NCBI GenBank assembly: GCA_003009755.1
Contig: PXUB01000005.1
Location: 1-25,424 of the forward strand
DNA from: Thermoplasmatales archaeon SW_10_69_26
Lineage (GTDB): Archaea; Thermoplasmatota; SW-10-69-26
Reading direction: 5' to 3'
Length of the DNA stretch: 25,424 nt
Each line of letters starts with the position of its first letter. Position 1 is the first letter of the stretch. Below the pieces are notes generated by a model. It did not search any database, was not told where the DNA came from, and saw only the letters and a list, made by a program, of their open reading frames with translations. Shown one piece after another: positions 8,362 through 19,857 of the stretch. The position numbers were made by a program, and so were the translations under genes.

Positions 8362-9078
8362 CGCCGGGACGACAACTACCCGGGGTTCCTCCGCTCGCTG
8401 GGCTCCTCGACGGCGGCCCGCGGCGGCGACGAGCGCAAGGTGCTCAACCACCTGCGCCAGCACGACTTCGGGCCGTTGTCGACGAACATCCGCGACCTGT
8501 TCGCGCGCTTGCAGCTGCGCGTCGACGACGACCAGGCGTGGCGCTACTTCACGAGCGAGGCCGGCTCCCGCCTGATCGAGCGGTTCACGCAGATGTGCGA
8601 CGAGGCCGTCGAGGAGGGCGGCGAACCCGACGAGATCGGCCGCATCATCTCCGAGAACACGGTCGAGATCGTCGGTTTCCGCAAGCTGCGCTACCAGGCG
8701 GCCGGCACGTTCCGCGGGGTCGTGTTCGGCGTCGCCGTCGGCACCGCCTTCTCCTTGTTCGTCGGGCTCGGCGTCGTCCACATGCTCGTCAGCCTCTTCG
8801 GCAGCATCACCGACGAGCTCGGCGCCGGCGACACGCCCGTCAGCGTGCCGACGTTCCTGCACGTCTCCGGGCTCAACATCGGCTTGCTGCGCATGCTGGC
8901 GTTGACGATGCTGTTCATCAACGCGACCCTGTCCAGCATCCTCTTGCGCATCGTCGACGGCGGCACGCACGTCCGCCACCTGCAGGACTTCCCGATGCTG
9001 TTGTAGGCCTCGAACCTGACGGCGTTGGGCTCGTGGAAGCTGATCAACTCGTTCGGCGACGCCGGCGTCATCGAGTAG
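8362..9078 (+). pseudogene. arlJ: Archaellum assembly platform protein ArlJ/FlaJ, C-terminal half only, with a premature TAG at 9004-9006
   Basis: RRDDNYPGFLRSLGSS, HDFGPL...RVDDDQAWRYFTSEAGSRLIERF and GGEPDEIGRIISEN match the second GspF domain of FlaJ. No N-terminal half upstream. The frame continues past the TAG (ASNLTALGSWKLINSFGDAGVIE) to a TAG at 9076-9078. Confidence 0.8.
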
Positions 9079-9130
9079 CTCTGGCGCCGGCGCTGCGAGA
9101 CCACGAGAGCTCGACGCGATGGATACCGGC

Positions 9131-9775
9131 TCACCCGCGCTCGTCCTCGAACGCGGGCGTGCCCAGCTCGTGCAGCTCGCGCGAGACGTGGGCGACCTCG
9201 GTCTGCAGCTCGTTGTGGTAGGCTTGCAGCCGCTCGTCGAGCTCGGGATGCTTGCGGGCCAGGATCTGCACAGCGGTCAAGGCCGCGTTGAACGACTTGC
9301 CGGCGTCGACGGCCGTGATCGGTGCACCCTGGGGCATACCGATGACGGAGGCGACGGACTTCTCCTGCACGGGGACGCCGACGACGGGCAACGGGTAGGC
9401 GATCGAGGCGGTCATGTTCGGCAGGTCGGCGGACTTGCCGCCGGCGCCGGCGATGACGACCTCCAGGCCTCGGTCGGCGGCCGTCTCGGCGTAGGTGTAC
9501 ATCAGCTCGGGGGTGCGGTGGGCGCTGACGACGTAGGTCTCGAACGTGAACCGGGCCTCGGGCGGGTCCTCGAGGTCGGTGGTCTCGGCGAACCCGAGCT
9601 CGGTCAACGCGTCGTAGGCGCCCGGGCGGCCCTCCTCGGAGCCCATCATGACGTCGAGATCGCTGTCCGAGCCCATGATGATGCCGACGTCGGGCGTGGC
9701 CTCATCCGATCGGTCGCGCTGGGCTTCGGCTTCCAGCTCGTCGACGAGCTCCTGCAGCGCCTGGGAGCGGGTCAT
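9131..9775 (-). CDS. purE: N5-carboxyaminoimidazole ribonucleotide mutase (AIR carboxylase family), Halobacteria-like form
   Basis: VGIIMGSDSD, VVSAHRTPE, IAGAGGKSADLP, PVVGVPV and GMPQGAP motifs. ATG at 9775 with a TTCAAG-type box upstream. Confidence 0.95.
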   Translation of the reverse strand: MTRSQALQELVDELEAEAQRDRSDEATPDVGIIMGSDSDLDVMMGSEEGRPGAYDALTELGFAETTDLEDPPEARFTFETYVVSAHRTPELMYTYAETAADRGLEVVIAGAGGKSADLPNMTASIAYPLPVVGVPVQEKSVASVIGMPQGAPITAVDAGKSFNAALTAVQILARKHPELDERLQAYHNELQTEVAHVSRELHELGTPAFEDERG

Positions 9776-9939
9776 CGCCGAGGCAAGGCTGGGGGAGCAC
9801 TTGAATCGGTCGCGCCGGGGACGCAGGCCGGCGGGCGTCGACCTCGTGGTACACGGCCGGACGTGATCGGGGGACCCTCTCGTTGCTTCGGCAACCCCAG
9901 TCTGGCAGGCCAGGCGAGAGACCTGGGAAGCGACCGAGG

Positions 9940-10160
9940 CCCAGCCCGTAGGGTCCCCCTCGACGCTGTGGGGGTGGCGGGGGGCGGCCAGCCGGAGGAC
10001 GAGCCCGATCCCGGTGGCGAGCAGACCGACGGTGCCGACCAGCCACAGGTCCTCCTTGGGCCGGTGATGTCGAGGAAGCCGTCCATCCCCACCAGCGGCC
10101 ACACCCCGGACACGAGGAAGGAGGCCCCCTCGATCGTCGCGATCGCCCGCCACCCGCTGG
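9940..10160 (-). pseudogene. Frameshifted remnant of a small membrane protein
   Basis: WRAIATIEGASFLVSGVWPLVGMDGFLDITGP in one frame continues as KEDLWLVGTVGLLATGIGLVLRLA in another. The shift is at the GGG at 10058-10060, and no in-frame ATG was found just upstream. Confidence 0.55.
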
Positions 10161-10252
10161 GGCGCGTCCGGGCTCGGTCTTCGCGGCCGCCATCTGGGGC
10201 ATGCTGGGGATGGGCCGGCGAGCGGGGTCGACCGCGGGCAGCGCCCGGCCGC

Positions 10253-10813
10253 TTACGTGCTCTTCGCGTGGTGCTCGCGCTCGGTGTGCGGCGTCGTCAC
10301 CGGCTTCTCGAGCTCGGGCGGATCCTGCTCGTCGGCCTTCTTCGGGTTCCGGATCTTCTTCACCATCCGCTTGGCTCCCGTCGGCACGTGGGTCTCCTCC
10401 AGCGACTCGTGGGCGTAGTGGCGGAACACCTCGCGGTTGAGGTTGTCCGCGATCACGGCGATGTCGTCGACGCTGACGAGGCCCACGAGCTCGTCGTCGG
10501 TGTTCACGACCGGCATACGGTTGGCCAGGTGGGCGCCCCGCATCGAGTTCAGCACCGAGAACACGTCCGCGTCCATCTCGACCCGCGCGGGGTTGTCGGT
10601 CATGACGTCTTCGACCGGCGTGCTCCGGTCGACGCCCCCAGCGCCCAAGCCGAGTGCGATCTGTCGGTCCGTGATGATCCCGTCCAGCTTGCCCCCGCGG
10701 AGCGCCACGACGGTCCCGACGGAGTGCTCTTCCATCAGGCCGGCGGCGTCACCGATCGTGTCCTCGGCATCGCACGTCACCGGCTCCGCGGTCATGAAGT
10801 CCCGCACGTTCAT
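10253..10813 (-). CDS. CBS-domain pair protein with charged C-terminal tail
   Basis: MNVRDFMTAEPVTC, GKLDGIITDRQI, TPVEDVMT and RMPVVNTDDELVGLVSVDDI. Alternative ATG at 10822. Confidence 0.9.
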   Translation of the reverse strand: MNVRDFMTAEPVTCDAEDTIGDAAGLMEEHSVGTVVALRGGKLDGIITDRQIALGLGAGGVDRSTPVEDVMTDNPARVEMDADVFSVLNSMRGAHLANRMPVVNTDDELVGLVSVDDIAVIADNLNREVFRHYAHESLEETHVPTGAKRMVKKIRNPKKADEQDPPELEKPVTTPHTEREHHAKST

Positions 10814-10893
10814 CGAGATCATCGAGGGGCCACCGGCGGCGGATACGGCCAGCCGGGGGAAGGGGGTTGGCCCGGATACTCGCAGCCGAGCGA

Positions 10894-13029
<2,136 letters not shown>

Positions 13030-14718
13030 TCAGCCGCGCAGGTGGTCGACGACCTCCTCCGGATCGCGCGTGTTGAGCACGTCCTCGGGCTCCAGCCACG
13101 CCTTGCGGGCCTGCGCGAGACCCAAGTGCATCCGTCCAAGCTGGCCGGGGCTGTGGGCGTCGGTGGAGACCACCCAGTCGAAGGCCTCCCGGTGCCGGTG
13201 CACCTGCCGCCAGGGCAGGTCCAGGCGGTCGGGTTGGGCGTTGATCTCGACGGCGACCCCCTGCTCGGCGCAGACCTCGGCCAGGCGGTCGAGATCGAGC
13301 TCGTTCGGCTCGCGCCAGCCGATGCGACGGTTCGTGGGGTGGGCGAGCACGTCCACCGGGTGCTCGCCGATCGCCTTCGCGATGCGCTCGGTGGCGTCCC
13401 CGGCGCGCGTGTGCAGCGAGGCGACGACCAGATCCAGCTCCCGGCAGGCCTGGTCGCTGATGTCAAGCCCGCCCTTGGTGGTGATGTTGGCCTCGATGCC
13501 GACCAGCACGCGCACGCCGGTGGCCTCCTCGGCCCGCTCGGCCTCGGCCCGGATCTCGGTGATGTCGTCCTCCTCGGGGCCGCCGGCCACTCGCAGGTCG
13601 GGCCCGTGGTCGGTCAACAGGATGAACGCGTGCCCCAGCTCGGCGGCGGCCTCGGCCATCTCGCGGATCGAGCCGGCGCCGTCGCTCCACTCCGTGTGCA
13701 TCTGCATGTCGCCGGTGATGTCGTCCTCGGTGACGAGGTCGGGCAGCTCGCTGGCCTCGGCGGCCAGCACCTCGCCCCCGTCCTCCCGCAGCTCGGGTGG
13801 GATCTCCGCCAGGTCCAGCGCCTCGTACACCTCGGCCTCGGTGCCGCCGGCCAACCGTTCCTCGTCCGCGAAGAGCCCGTACTCGTTCAGCTTCCAGCCG
13901 CGGTCCTGGGCACGCCGGCGCAGCCGGATGTTGTGGCTCTTCGAGCCGGTGAAGTAGACCAGCGCCGAGCCCCACGAGTCGGCGTCGACGACCCGCAGAT
14001 CGACCTGGAGGCCGGCGCCCAGCACGATCGAGGACCTCGTGTCGCCGCGGGAGAACACGCGGTCGACGTCGTCGAGCCCGGTGAAGGCGTCCATCGCCGC
14101 CTCGGGGTCCCCCGCGCGGGCCAACAGGTCCACGTCACCTACCGTGGGCGCCCGTCGACGCACCGACCCCACCGGCTCGATCGCCTCGAACGCGTCCCGC
14201 TGGGACAGCTCGTCCACCAGGCCGGTTACCAGCGGCAACGCCTTGCCCAGCAGCTCGCGCTCGTCGCCTTCGCGTGCCAGCCCGATGTGGTCGAGGATGC
14301 GCTGTTGGGTGGCCTCGCCGAACCCCTCGACGCGGGCCACCCGGCCCTCCACGGCGGCCGCCTCCAACTGGTCGAGATCCTGCACGCCCAACGCCTCGTA
14401 CAGGCGCTTGACGGTTTTCGGGCCCACGCCTTCGACGCGGGTCAACGCGAGCGCGTCCACCGGGTAGCGGTCCCTCAGCTCGCGGTGACGCTCGATCTCG
14501 CCCTCGTCCAGGTAGGCGCGGACGTCCGCGGCGATCGTGTCGCCGATCCCGTCGATCGCCTCCAGCTCGCCGCGCTCGCGGACGTCCTCCACCGGCTCGG
14601 ACAGCTCCTCGAGCCGGCGCGCGGCCTGCCGGTAGGCCCGGGGCTTCCACTCGACGTCCTGCATCTCCAACAGGACGGCGATCTCGTCGAGGACGCGGGC
14701 GATCTCGGCGTTATTCAT
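13030..14718 (-). CDS. polX: DNA polymerase X with C-terminal PHP domain
   Basis: MNNAEIA, AYRQAA, IDGIG and VEGVGPKT HhH motifs, GSVRR, catalytic GDVDLL and QVDLR, YFTGSKSHN. PHP motifs DMQMH..WSDG, TDH, EANI, AHP, EIN and STDAH. Confidence 0.96.
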   Translation of the reverse strand: MNNAEIARVLDEIAVLLEMQDVEWKPRAYRQAARRLEELSEPVEDVRERGELEAIDGIGDTIAADVRAYLDEGEIERHRELRDRYPVDALALTRVEGVGPKTVKRLYEALGVQDLDQLEAAAVEGRVARVEGFGEATQQRILDHIGLAREGDERELLGKALPLVTGLVDELSQRDAFEAIEPVGSVRRRAPTVGDVDLLARAGDPEAAMDAFTGLDDVDRVFSRGDTRSSIVLGAGLQVDLRVVDADSWGSALVYFTGSKSHNIRLRRRAQDRGWKLNEYGLFADEERLAGGTEAEVYEALDLAEIPPELREDGGEVLAAEASELPDLVTEDDITGDMQMHTEWSDGAGSIREMAEAAAELGHAFILLTDHGPDLRVAGGPEEDDITEIRAEAERAEEATGVRVLVGIEANITTKGGLDISDQACRELDLVVASLHTRAGDATERIAKAIGEHPVDVLAHPTNRRIGWREPNELDLDRLAEVCAEQGVAVEINAQPDRLDLPWRQVHRHREAFDWVVSTDAHSPGQLGRMHLGLAQARKAWLEPEDVLNTRDPEEVVDHLRG

Positions 14719-14864
14719 GGCTCGCGTTTCCCCCAGAGGAGGGGTATGAAGGGGAGAGTGGGGGCGAGATGTGGGGGCTGGGAGAGACCCACCGAACCGG
14801 GCAGAGGGGAAAGTGCCGGTGATCCCCACCCGATCCCCTCTTCCCCGAGGGAGCCCGCAGTAAC

Positions 14865-14884
14865 TTATATAGCGAAGGAGGTGA
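14865..14884 (+). promoter_or_regulatory. TATA box (TTATATA) and SD-like AAGGAGGTGA upstream of the TA-like operon
   Basis: TTATATA at 14865-14871 in otherwise GC-rich DNA, about 24 nt before the TTG at 14895. GGAGGTGA at 14877-14884. Confidence 0.6.
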
Positions 14885-14894
14885 CACGTGACTT

Positions 14895-15236
14895 TTGACG
14901 TCAAGGGTCAAGGACTGGACCGCGACGCTCGACTCGCGTAACGTCCTGGACGTCACGATGGAGATCGACGATGGACACGTCGTGGCCTTCTCGGTCAACT
15001 ACCGCGCCCGCATCCGCGAGGAGTGGGTGGAGGTCGTGCGGTACGACACCGCCCACGGTCACCTGCACGTCCACGAGAACTGGAAGGCCGGCGAGGACGC
15101 GATCACCTCGCTGGAGGACGAGGACGACCCGGATCCACCCTACAACGATGCCCTCACGTACGCCGAGGAGGACCTCAAGGCCAACTGGCAGGAGTACCGC
15201 GAGAAGATGGAGAACGAGGTGATCGAGAGTGACTGA
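14895..15236 (+). CDS. Putative toxin, RYDxxHG-HxH family (DUF6516/TumE- or DUF7718-like)
   Basis: 113 aa with EWVEVVRYDTAHGHLHVH. Overlaps the downstream wHTH gene by 8 nt. Confidence 0.65.
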   Translation: MTSRVKDWTATLDSRNVLDVTMEIDDGHVVAFSVNYRARIREEWVEVVRYDTAHGHLHVHENWKAGEDAITSLEDEDDPDPPYNDALTYAEEDLKANWQEYREKMENEVIESD

Positions 15237-15570
15237 CGAAGACGTCGAGGACAACCTCGAGCAAGCATTCGATCTCGCCCACGAGGTAATCGAGGACCCG
15301 GACGGATACCCCGACGAGTTCGTCGCGTTCCACCTCGGCGACGAAACGCTGTTGCGGATCCTGACCCGAGAACGACTCCGGCTGCTCCGGATGGTGCGCG
15401 ACGAGGGGCCCTTCGAGAGCATCGCGGAGCTCGCTCGAACCCTCGACCGGGATCCGAGCCGCGTCGGCCGTGACCTGTCGTGGCTCGCCGAGACGGGACT
15501 GGTCCGTCTCGAAAAACGCGGGCGTTCGAAAACCGTCGAGGGAACCGACCGCAAGATCCTCCTGGCCTGA
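15229..15570 (+). CDS. Winged-HTH DNA-binding protein, HVO_A0114-like (putative antitoxin/regulator)
   Basis: LLRILTRERLRLLRMVRDEGPFESIAELARTLDRDPSRVGRDLSWLAETGLVRLEKRGRSK. GTG start after GAGGTGA. Confidence 0.8.
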   Translation: MTDEDVEDNLEQAFDLAHEVIEDPDGYPDEFVAFHLGDETLLRILTRERLRLLRMVRDEGPFESIAELARTLDRDPSRVGRDLSWLAETGLVRLEKRGRSKTVEGTDRKILLA

Positions 15571-15652
15571 CCGAGACGGCACGGATCGCCAGCCCATCGC
15601 ACATCTCCCTCCACCCCGCAAGCGGTTTGCCTCCCCACCCGCTTGTCCCTCC

Positions 15653-16144
15653 ATGGAACCCAGCGCGCCCCGGGTGGCCACGCGCGTCGTCGAGACGCTC
15701 TCCGACGAGGGCTCCACGCTGGCCCTCGCCGAGTCCTGCACCGGCGGGCTGGCCGCCTCGATGGTCACCGACGTGCCCGGCGCCAGCGCGATCTTCGACC
15801 GCGGCTTCGTCACGTACTCGAACCAGGCCAAGGTCGAGGAGCTCGGCGTCAAGGTCGACGTGATCGAGGATGACGGCGCGGTCGCGGCGGCCGTCGCCGA
15901 GGCGATGGCCGAGGGAGCCCGCGGCGCCGCCGATGCCGACTGGGCCGCCGCCACGACCGGCATCCTGGGACCCACCGGCGGCTCCGAGGCCAAGCCCGAG
16001 GGCACCGTGTACGTCGGCGTGGCCGGGCCCGGCGGCACGAGCGTGCAACGCTACGGGTTCGACGGCGAACGCCGCGAGGTCAAAGAGCAGTCCGCACGCC
16101 AGATGCTCGTGGACCTGCTCGAGATGGTGCGAGCCGAGCGGTGA
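15653..16144 (+). CDS. cinA: CinA C-terminal domain protein / NMN deamidase (PncC)
   Basis: TLALAESCTGG, PGASAIFDRGFVTYSNQAK, AEAMAEG, TTGILGPTGG and KPEGTVYVG motifs. Confidence 0.92.
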   Translation: MEPSAPRVATRVVETLSDEGSTLALAESCTGGLAASMVTDVPGASAIFDRGFVTYSNQAKVEELGVKVDVIEDDGAVAAAVAEAMAEGARGAADADWAAATTGILGPTGGSEAKPEGTVYVGVAGPGGTSVQRYGFDGERREVKEQSARQMLVDLLEMVRAER

Positions 16145-16667
16145 GGCGCCCGGCTCGGAGCCCCGATCCCTACCAGCCCACCCCTGTCCTCTGCAGAGAT
16201 TTGGATCGGTGGAGCTGTATATGGGGTTCCACCGGGTTTGGGGAGTTCTGACTAGCGGAGGGTCCTCATGTTCGTCGCCGGTGCGGGCGGAGGCTTCATT
16301 GCGACGGGTGGGTGTTGGATCCTGAGCAGGGGATCGGCCGGGGTCTTCGCCCGGTGGATGGCGTGGCCGAATTCCCGGTCGACGAATTCCTCCACCCCGA
16401 TCTCGTCGAGAGGCCCCCACACGGTCAGGTACATCGAGTCCTCGGTCCGCGCGTTACCGAGGCGGGGCCGGGATCTCTCGGGGAGGCTTCGTTCTTGATC
16501 TTGGGGTTGATGAAGGCGGCCTCGCCGGCGGAACAGGAGACCGAGGTTGTTCCCGAAACTCCATGAAGATTGTCTATGGGGCAAGCCTCGAGGAGTATCC
16601 GCGATCCGGAAGTTCCTAATAGTCCAGACAACTTACCCTTCCCCCAATCACCATGGAGAGTTAGGAA

Positions 16668-17447
16668 GTGGAAGATGCAGACCTACGGAAGCTGGCCAAG
16701 GATGGCGTCGTGAGGACCAGCGACATCGCCGACGCCCTGGACGTCTCTCGCCAACGGGCTGCCGAGCAAGCCCACCGCCTCGTCCAACAGGGAACGCTCA
16801 AGCGCCTCCAGCGCGGCCTCTACGCAGTCGTACCCCTCGACGTTCAACCCGAGAACTACCGCCCGGACCCGGTGCTCGTCGTTCACCGGGGACTGGACGG
16901 GGACTTCGCGTTCAGCCACCACACCGCAGCCGACCTCCACGGCGCCAGCCAACAGTCCCGCCGCACCGTGCACGTCAGCCGACCCGACGGCAGAGCCCGC
17001 CGCATGGACATCGGGGACGTCCCGATCCACGCCCACCGGATCCCCACAGACGCCTGGCCGGAGGCCACCGAAAAGCTTCGTCGAGGGCGCAGGACGGTTC
17101 GCGTCACGACCCCCGAACGGACCCTGCTCGACCTCGTCGGGCTTCCCCCCAGCGATCAGGACTACCAGGAGATCTGCGGGATCCTGGTTGCCCTCGAGCC
17201 CAAGCTGGACCCAGACGTGCTCCTCGAGCAGGCCCACCGGTGGGCGAACAAGACCACCCGCGCTCGCCTGGCCCACCTGTTGCACCGCGAATGGCCTCGC
17301 GGGGACCCCAGCTGGAGCCACGTCGAGGAACGCCTGGACGAGCTGGCTCAGCTCGAAAGCCCCTACTACTTCGGCACCGCCCCCAGCAACCCAGCCAACA
17401 AGATGGACAACCGCTTCAACGTGATCTACCCGGGAGAAACCGGATGA
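16668..17447 (+). CDS. abiEi: Type IV toxin-antitoxin AbiEi-family antitoxin (N-terminal wHTH)
   Basis: LVQQGTLKRLQRGLY, FSHHTAADLHG and VRVTTPERTLLDL. ATGA overlap with the downstream nucleotidyltransferase gene. Confidence 0.85.
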   Translation: MEDADLRKLAKDGVVRTSDIADALDVSRQRAAEQAHRLVQQGTLKRLQRGLYAVVPLDVQPENYRPDPVLVVHRGLDGDFAFSHHTAADLHGASQQSRRTVHVSRPDGRARRMDIGDVPIHAHRIPTDAWPEATEKLRRGRRTVRVTTPERTLLDLVGLPPSDQDYQEICGILVALEPKLDPDVLLEQAHRWANKTTRARLAHLLHREWPRGDPSWSHVEERLDELAQLESPYYFGTAPSNPANKMDNRFNVIYPGETG

Positions 17448-18327
17448 CGAACGTGGACCAGGCCGAGTTGGCACCGGTCCTCGACGAGGGCTTCCGTCCG
17501 GCGACCGCCGAGAAGGTCTACCGGCTGCTTGGCGTCCTCCGCGAGCTCCAAGCCCGGCGAGACACAGCCGACCGGTACACGCTCAAGGGTGGCACCGCAC
17601 TGAACGTCTTCCACCTCGAGGACCTCCCTCGACTGAGCGTCGACATCGACCTCATGGCCACCGGCTTCCCCCAAGCAGAGCCCGGCAGCGACGAGCGCGA
17701 CGAGGCGATGGAGAGCGTGAAGGCCACCCTTTCTCGCTCGGCTACAACGTCTCGCGTCAGCGAGACAGCGACGAGGAAGCCGGCGCCACGTTCCACGCCA
17801 CCTACCGCAACCACCTCGGCGACGACGATCTGCTCAAGGTCGACCTCGACCTGCTCAACCGACGCACCCTGATGGCCCCAACCGAACTCGACGGCCCGGA
17901 GCCGTTCTTCGCCGACGACATCTCGGTCCCGACCATCCATCGCGCCGAGCTGTTCGCCCAGAAGCTCGCGGCCGTCGCCTACCGCGCCCACCCCCGAGAC
18001 CTCTTCGACATGCACTAGATGCTCGACCTCGGCTGGCACGCCCTCGAGCAGGCCCGCGAGGCCTACCTGGCCTACGCGCTGCTCACCGACGGCGAGGCGG
18101 AATGGTACCGCCTGGACTACCCCGTCCAGCTCGAGGTCCCCTACGATCCCAACGACCTCGAGGACCCCGACTACACGACCCTAACCACCCGTGAACGCGA
18201 GCTCCGCCAGAGGTTGGTCGACGGGGACCGTGCGGCCTTCGCCGAGATCCTCAACGTCGCGGACGACGAGAAGCGCCGACAGCTGGCCGACCACCCGGCG
18301 CTTGCTTGGCGGTTGGAGAACCTCTGA
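17444..18327 (+). pseudogene. abiEii: AbiEii/AbiGii-family nucleotidyltransferase toxin, disrupted by a frameshift near 17730 and an in-frame TAG at 18016-18018
   Basis: LKGGTALNVFH...PRLSVDIDL in the first frame. LGYNV...LLKVDLD...ELFAQKLAAVAYRAHPRDLFD in a shifted frame. TAG at 18016, then the frame continues to HPALAWRLENL. Confidence 0.85.
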
Positions 18328-18485
18328 GCTGGCCCAGCAGGGCGACGGGAGCTCCCGGCAGCCAGACCCCCATCAAGTGCGTTTCGCCGAACGGTTCGCC
18401 CTGACAACATAACGCTAGAAGAAGGGGGCTTGGATGGAGCTCTGGCACCCTGACCTTTTCATCCCGCGCGTGGATGGGCATCCCG

Positions 18486-19851
18486 ATGCGACGGGTGCTC
18501 CTCGTCGGGCTCGCCGCGTTGATCGCCCTCACCGCCGGCTGCATCGGCGCCCAGGACGGCGACGACCTCGAGGCCCAGCAGGCCGACGTCGAACCGCCGG
18601 TCCCGCTGGCCACCGTCGTCGACCAGACCCACGACCACGACGACGTCGACCAGCACGACACGGAGTGGAACCTCGAGCAGCTAGGCCACCACACCGGGTT
18701 CGCGGACGAGACCGACGCCTCCGACCTGCAGGACAAGTTCGGCTTCCACGGCTTCGCCGTCGACCCGCCCTACGCCTACCTCTGTCGCGGAGGCGAGGAT
18801 CCCGGCATCGTGGTCGTCGACGTCTCCGACCCCGAGAACCCGACGTTCGCCGCCCACCTCTCGCTCCCGCTGTGCAACGACGCGGAGGTCTCCGAGGACG
18901 GCCAGTGGCTGTTCGCGGGCAGCCAGCGCGACACCGTCGACGACGTCGCCCAGTCGAGCGAGGACCTCGCCCTCCGTGGAGAGCTTCTTCGCCCTCCCCT
19001 ACAACGGGCCGCACACGCTCACGACCTACACCGCCGACGACGAGCTGTTCGTCCTCCACCAGACCTACGACCTCTACTCCACGCTGGACCCGACCGGGCA
19101 GGCCCCGGTCCCGGCGCCCGACGGTGCCGCGCCCGTCTCCCACCGCTCGGAGATCACGCGCCTGACGCAAGCCCCGGATGGCACCCACGAGCTCGAGCGC
19201 GTGACCGCGTACTCGGCCACCGGCGAGAGCCTGGCCAACACCGACGACCAGGTCATCATCCACGACGCCGTCCCCGCCGTCAACCCCGTCGACGGCAAGA
19301 CCTACCTCCTGGTCGCCTACTGGGACCTGGGCGTCCACATCCTCGACTTCGAGGATCCCACGAATCCCGAGCTCGTCGGCACCTTCGAGGACTTCTCGCC
19401 GAGCGCGTTCGCCAACGTCCACCAGGTCCGCGCCTTCGAGGATCCGATCGACGGGAAGTGGGTGCTCGTCGCCGAACCCGAGATCGGCACCGCCGACGAG
19501 TCCGGCCAGATCACGTTCATCGACGCCACCGATCCGGCGAACCCGGAGAAGCTGGGCCACTGGACGCTGCCCGGCAACGTCTCGATCACCGAGCCCTACC
19601 TCTTCAGCCCGCACAACTTCGCGCTCGAGGAGGGACGCGTCCATCTCTCGCACTTCCACGCCGGCGTCTGGTCGATCAGCGTGGACGGGCCCGGCAGCCC
19701 CGAGGACCCCACGACCGTGGCCGCCGTCGAACCGACGAACCAGACCGATCTCGGCGGCCCGATGACCTGGGGCGTCGAGCACCACGGCGACCAGCTGTAC
19801 GCCATGGACTCGGCCAACGGCCTGCACGTGCTCGACTACACCGGGCCCTAG
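18486..19851 (+). pseudogene. LVIVD-repeat (choice-of-anchor B-like) beta-propeller lipoprotein, split by a frameshift near 18975
   Basis: Lipobox MRRVLLVGLAALIALTAGCIG and IVVVDVSDPENP in frame 1. AYWDLGVHILDFEDPTNP, FIDATDPANP, FSPHNF, SHFHAGVW and MDSANGLHVLDY in frame 2 (18976-19851). Confidence 0.75.
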
Positions 19852-19857
19852 CCCGGC

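Noticed and set aside
9776-10153. 126-aa N-terminal extension of PurE, and similar extensions of polX (to 14904), the CBS protein (to 11665) and DUF429 (from 20927)
   Set aside because: Homology and codon bias begin at the downstream starts, and the extensions overlap other genes or remnants.
13690-13720. PHP motif DMQMH as a sign of an inactive PolX exonuclease
   Set aside because: QxH in place of HxH is a known variant in active PolX PHP domains such as Thermus PolX, and the other metal ligands are present.
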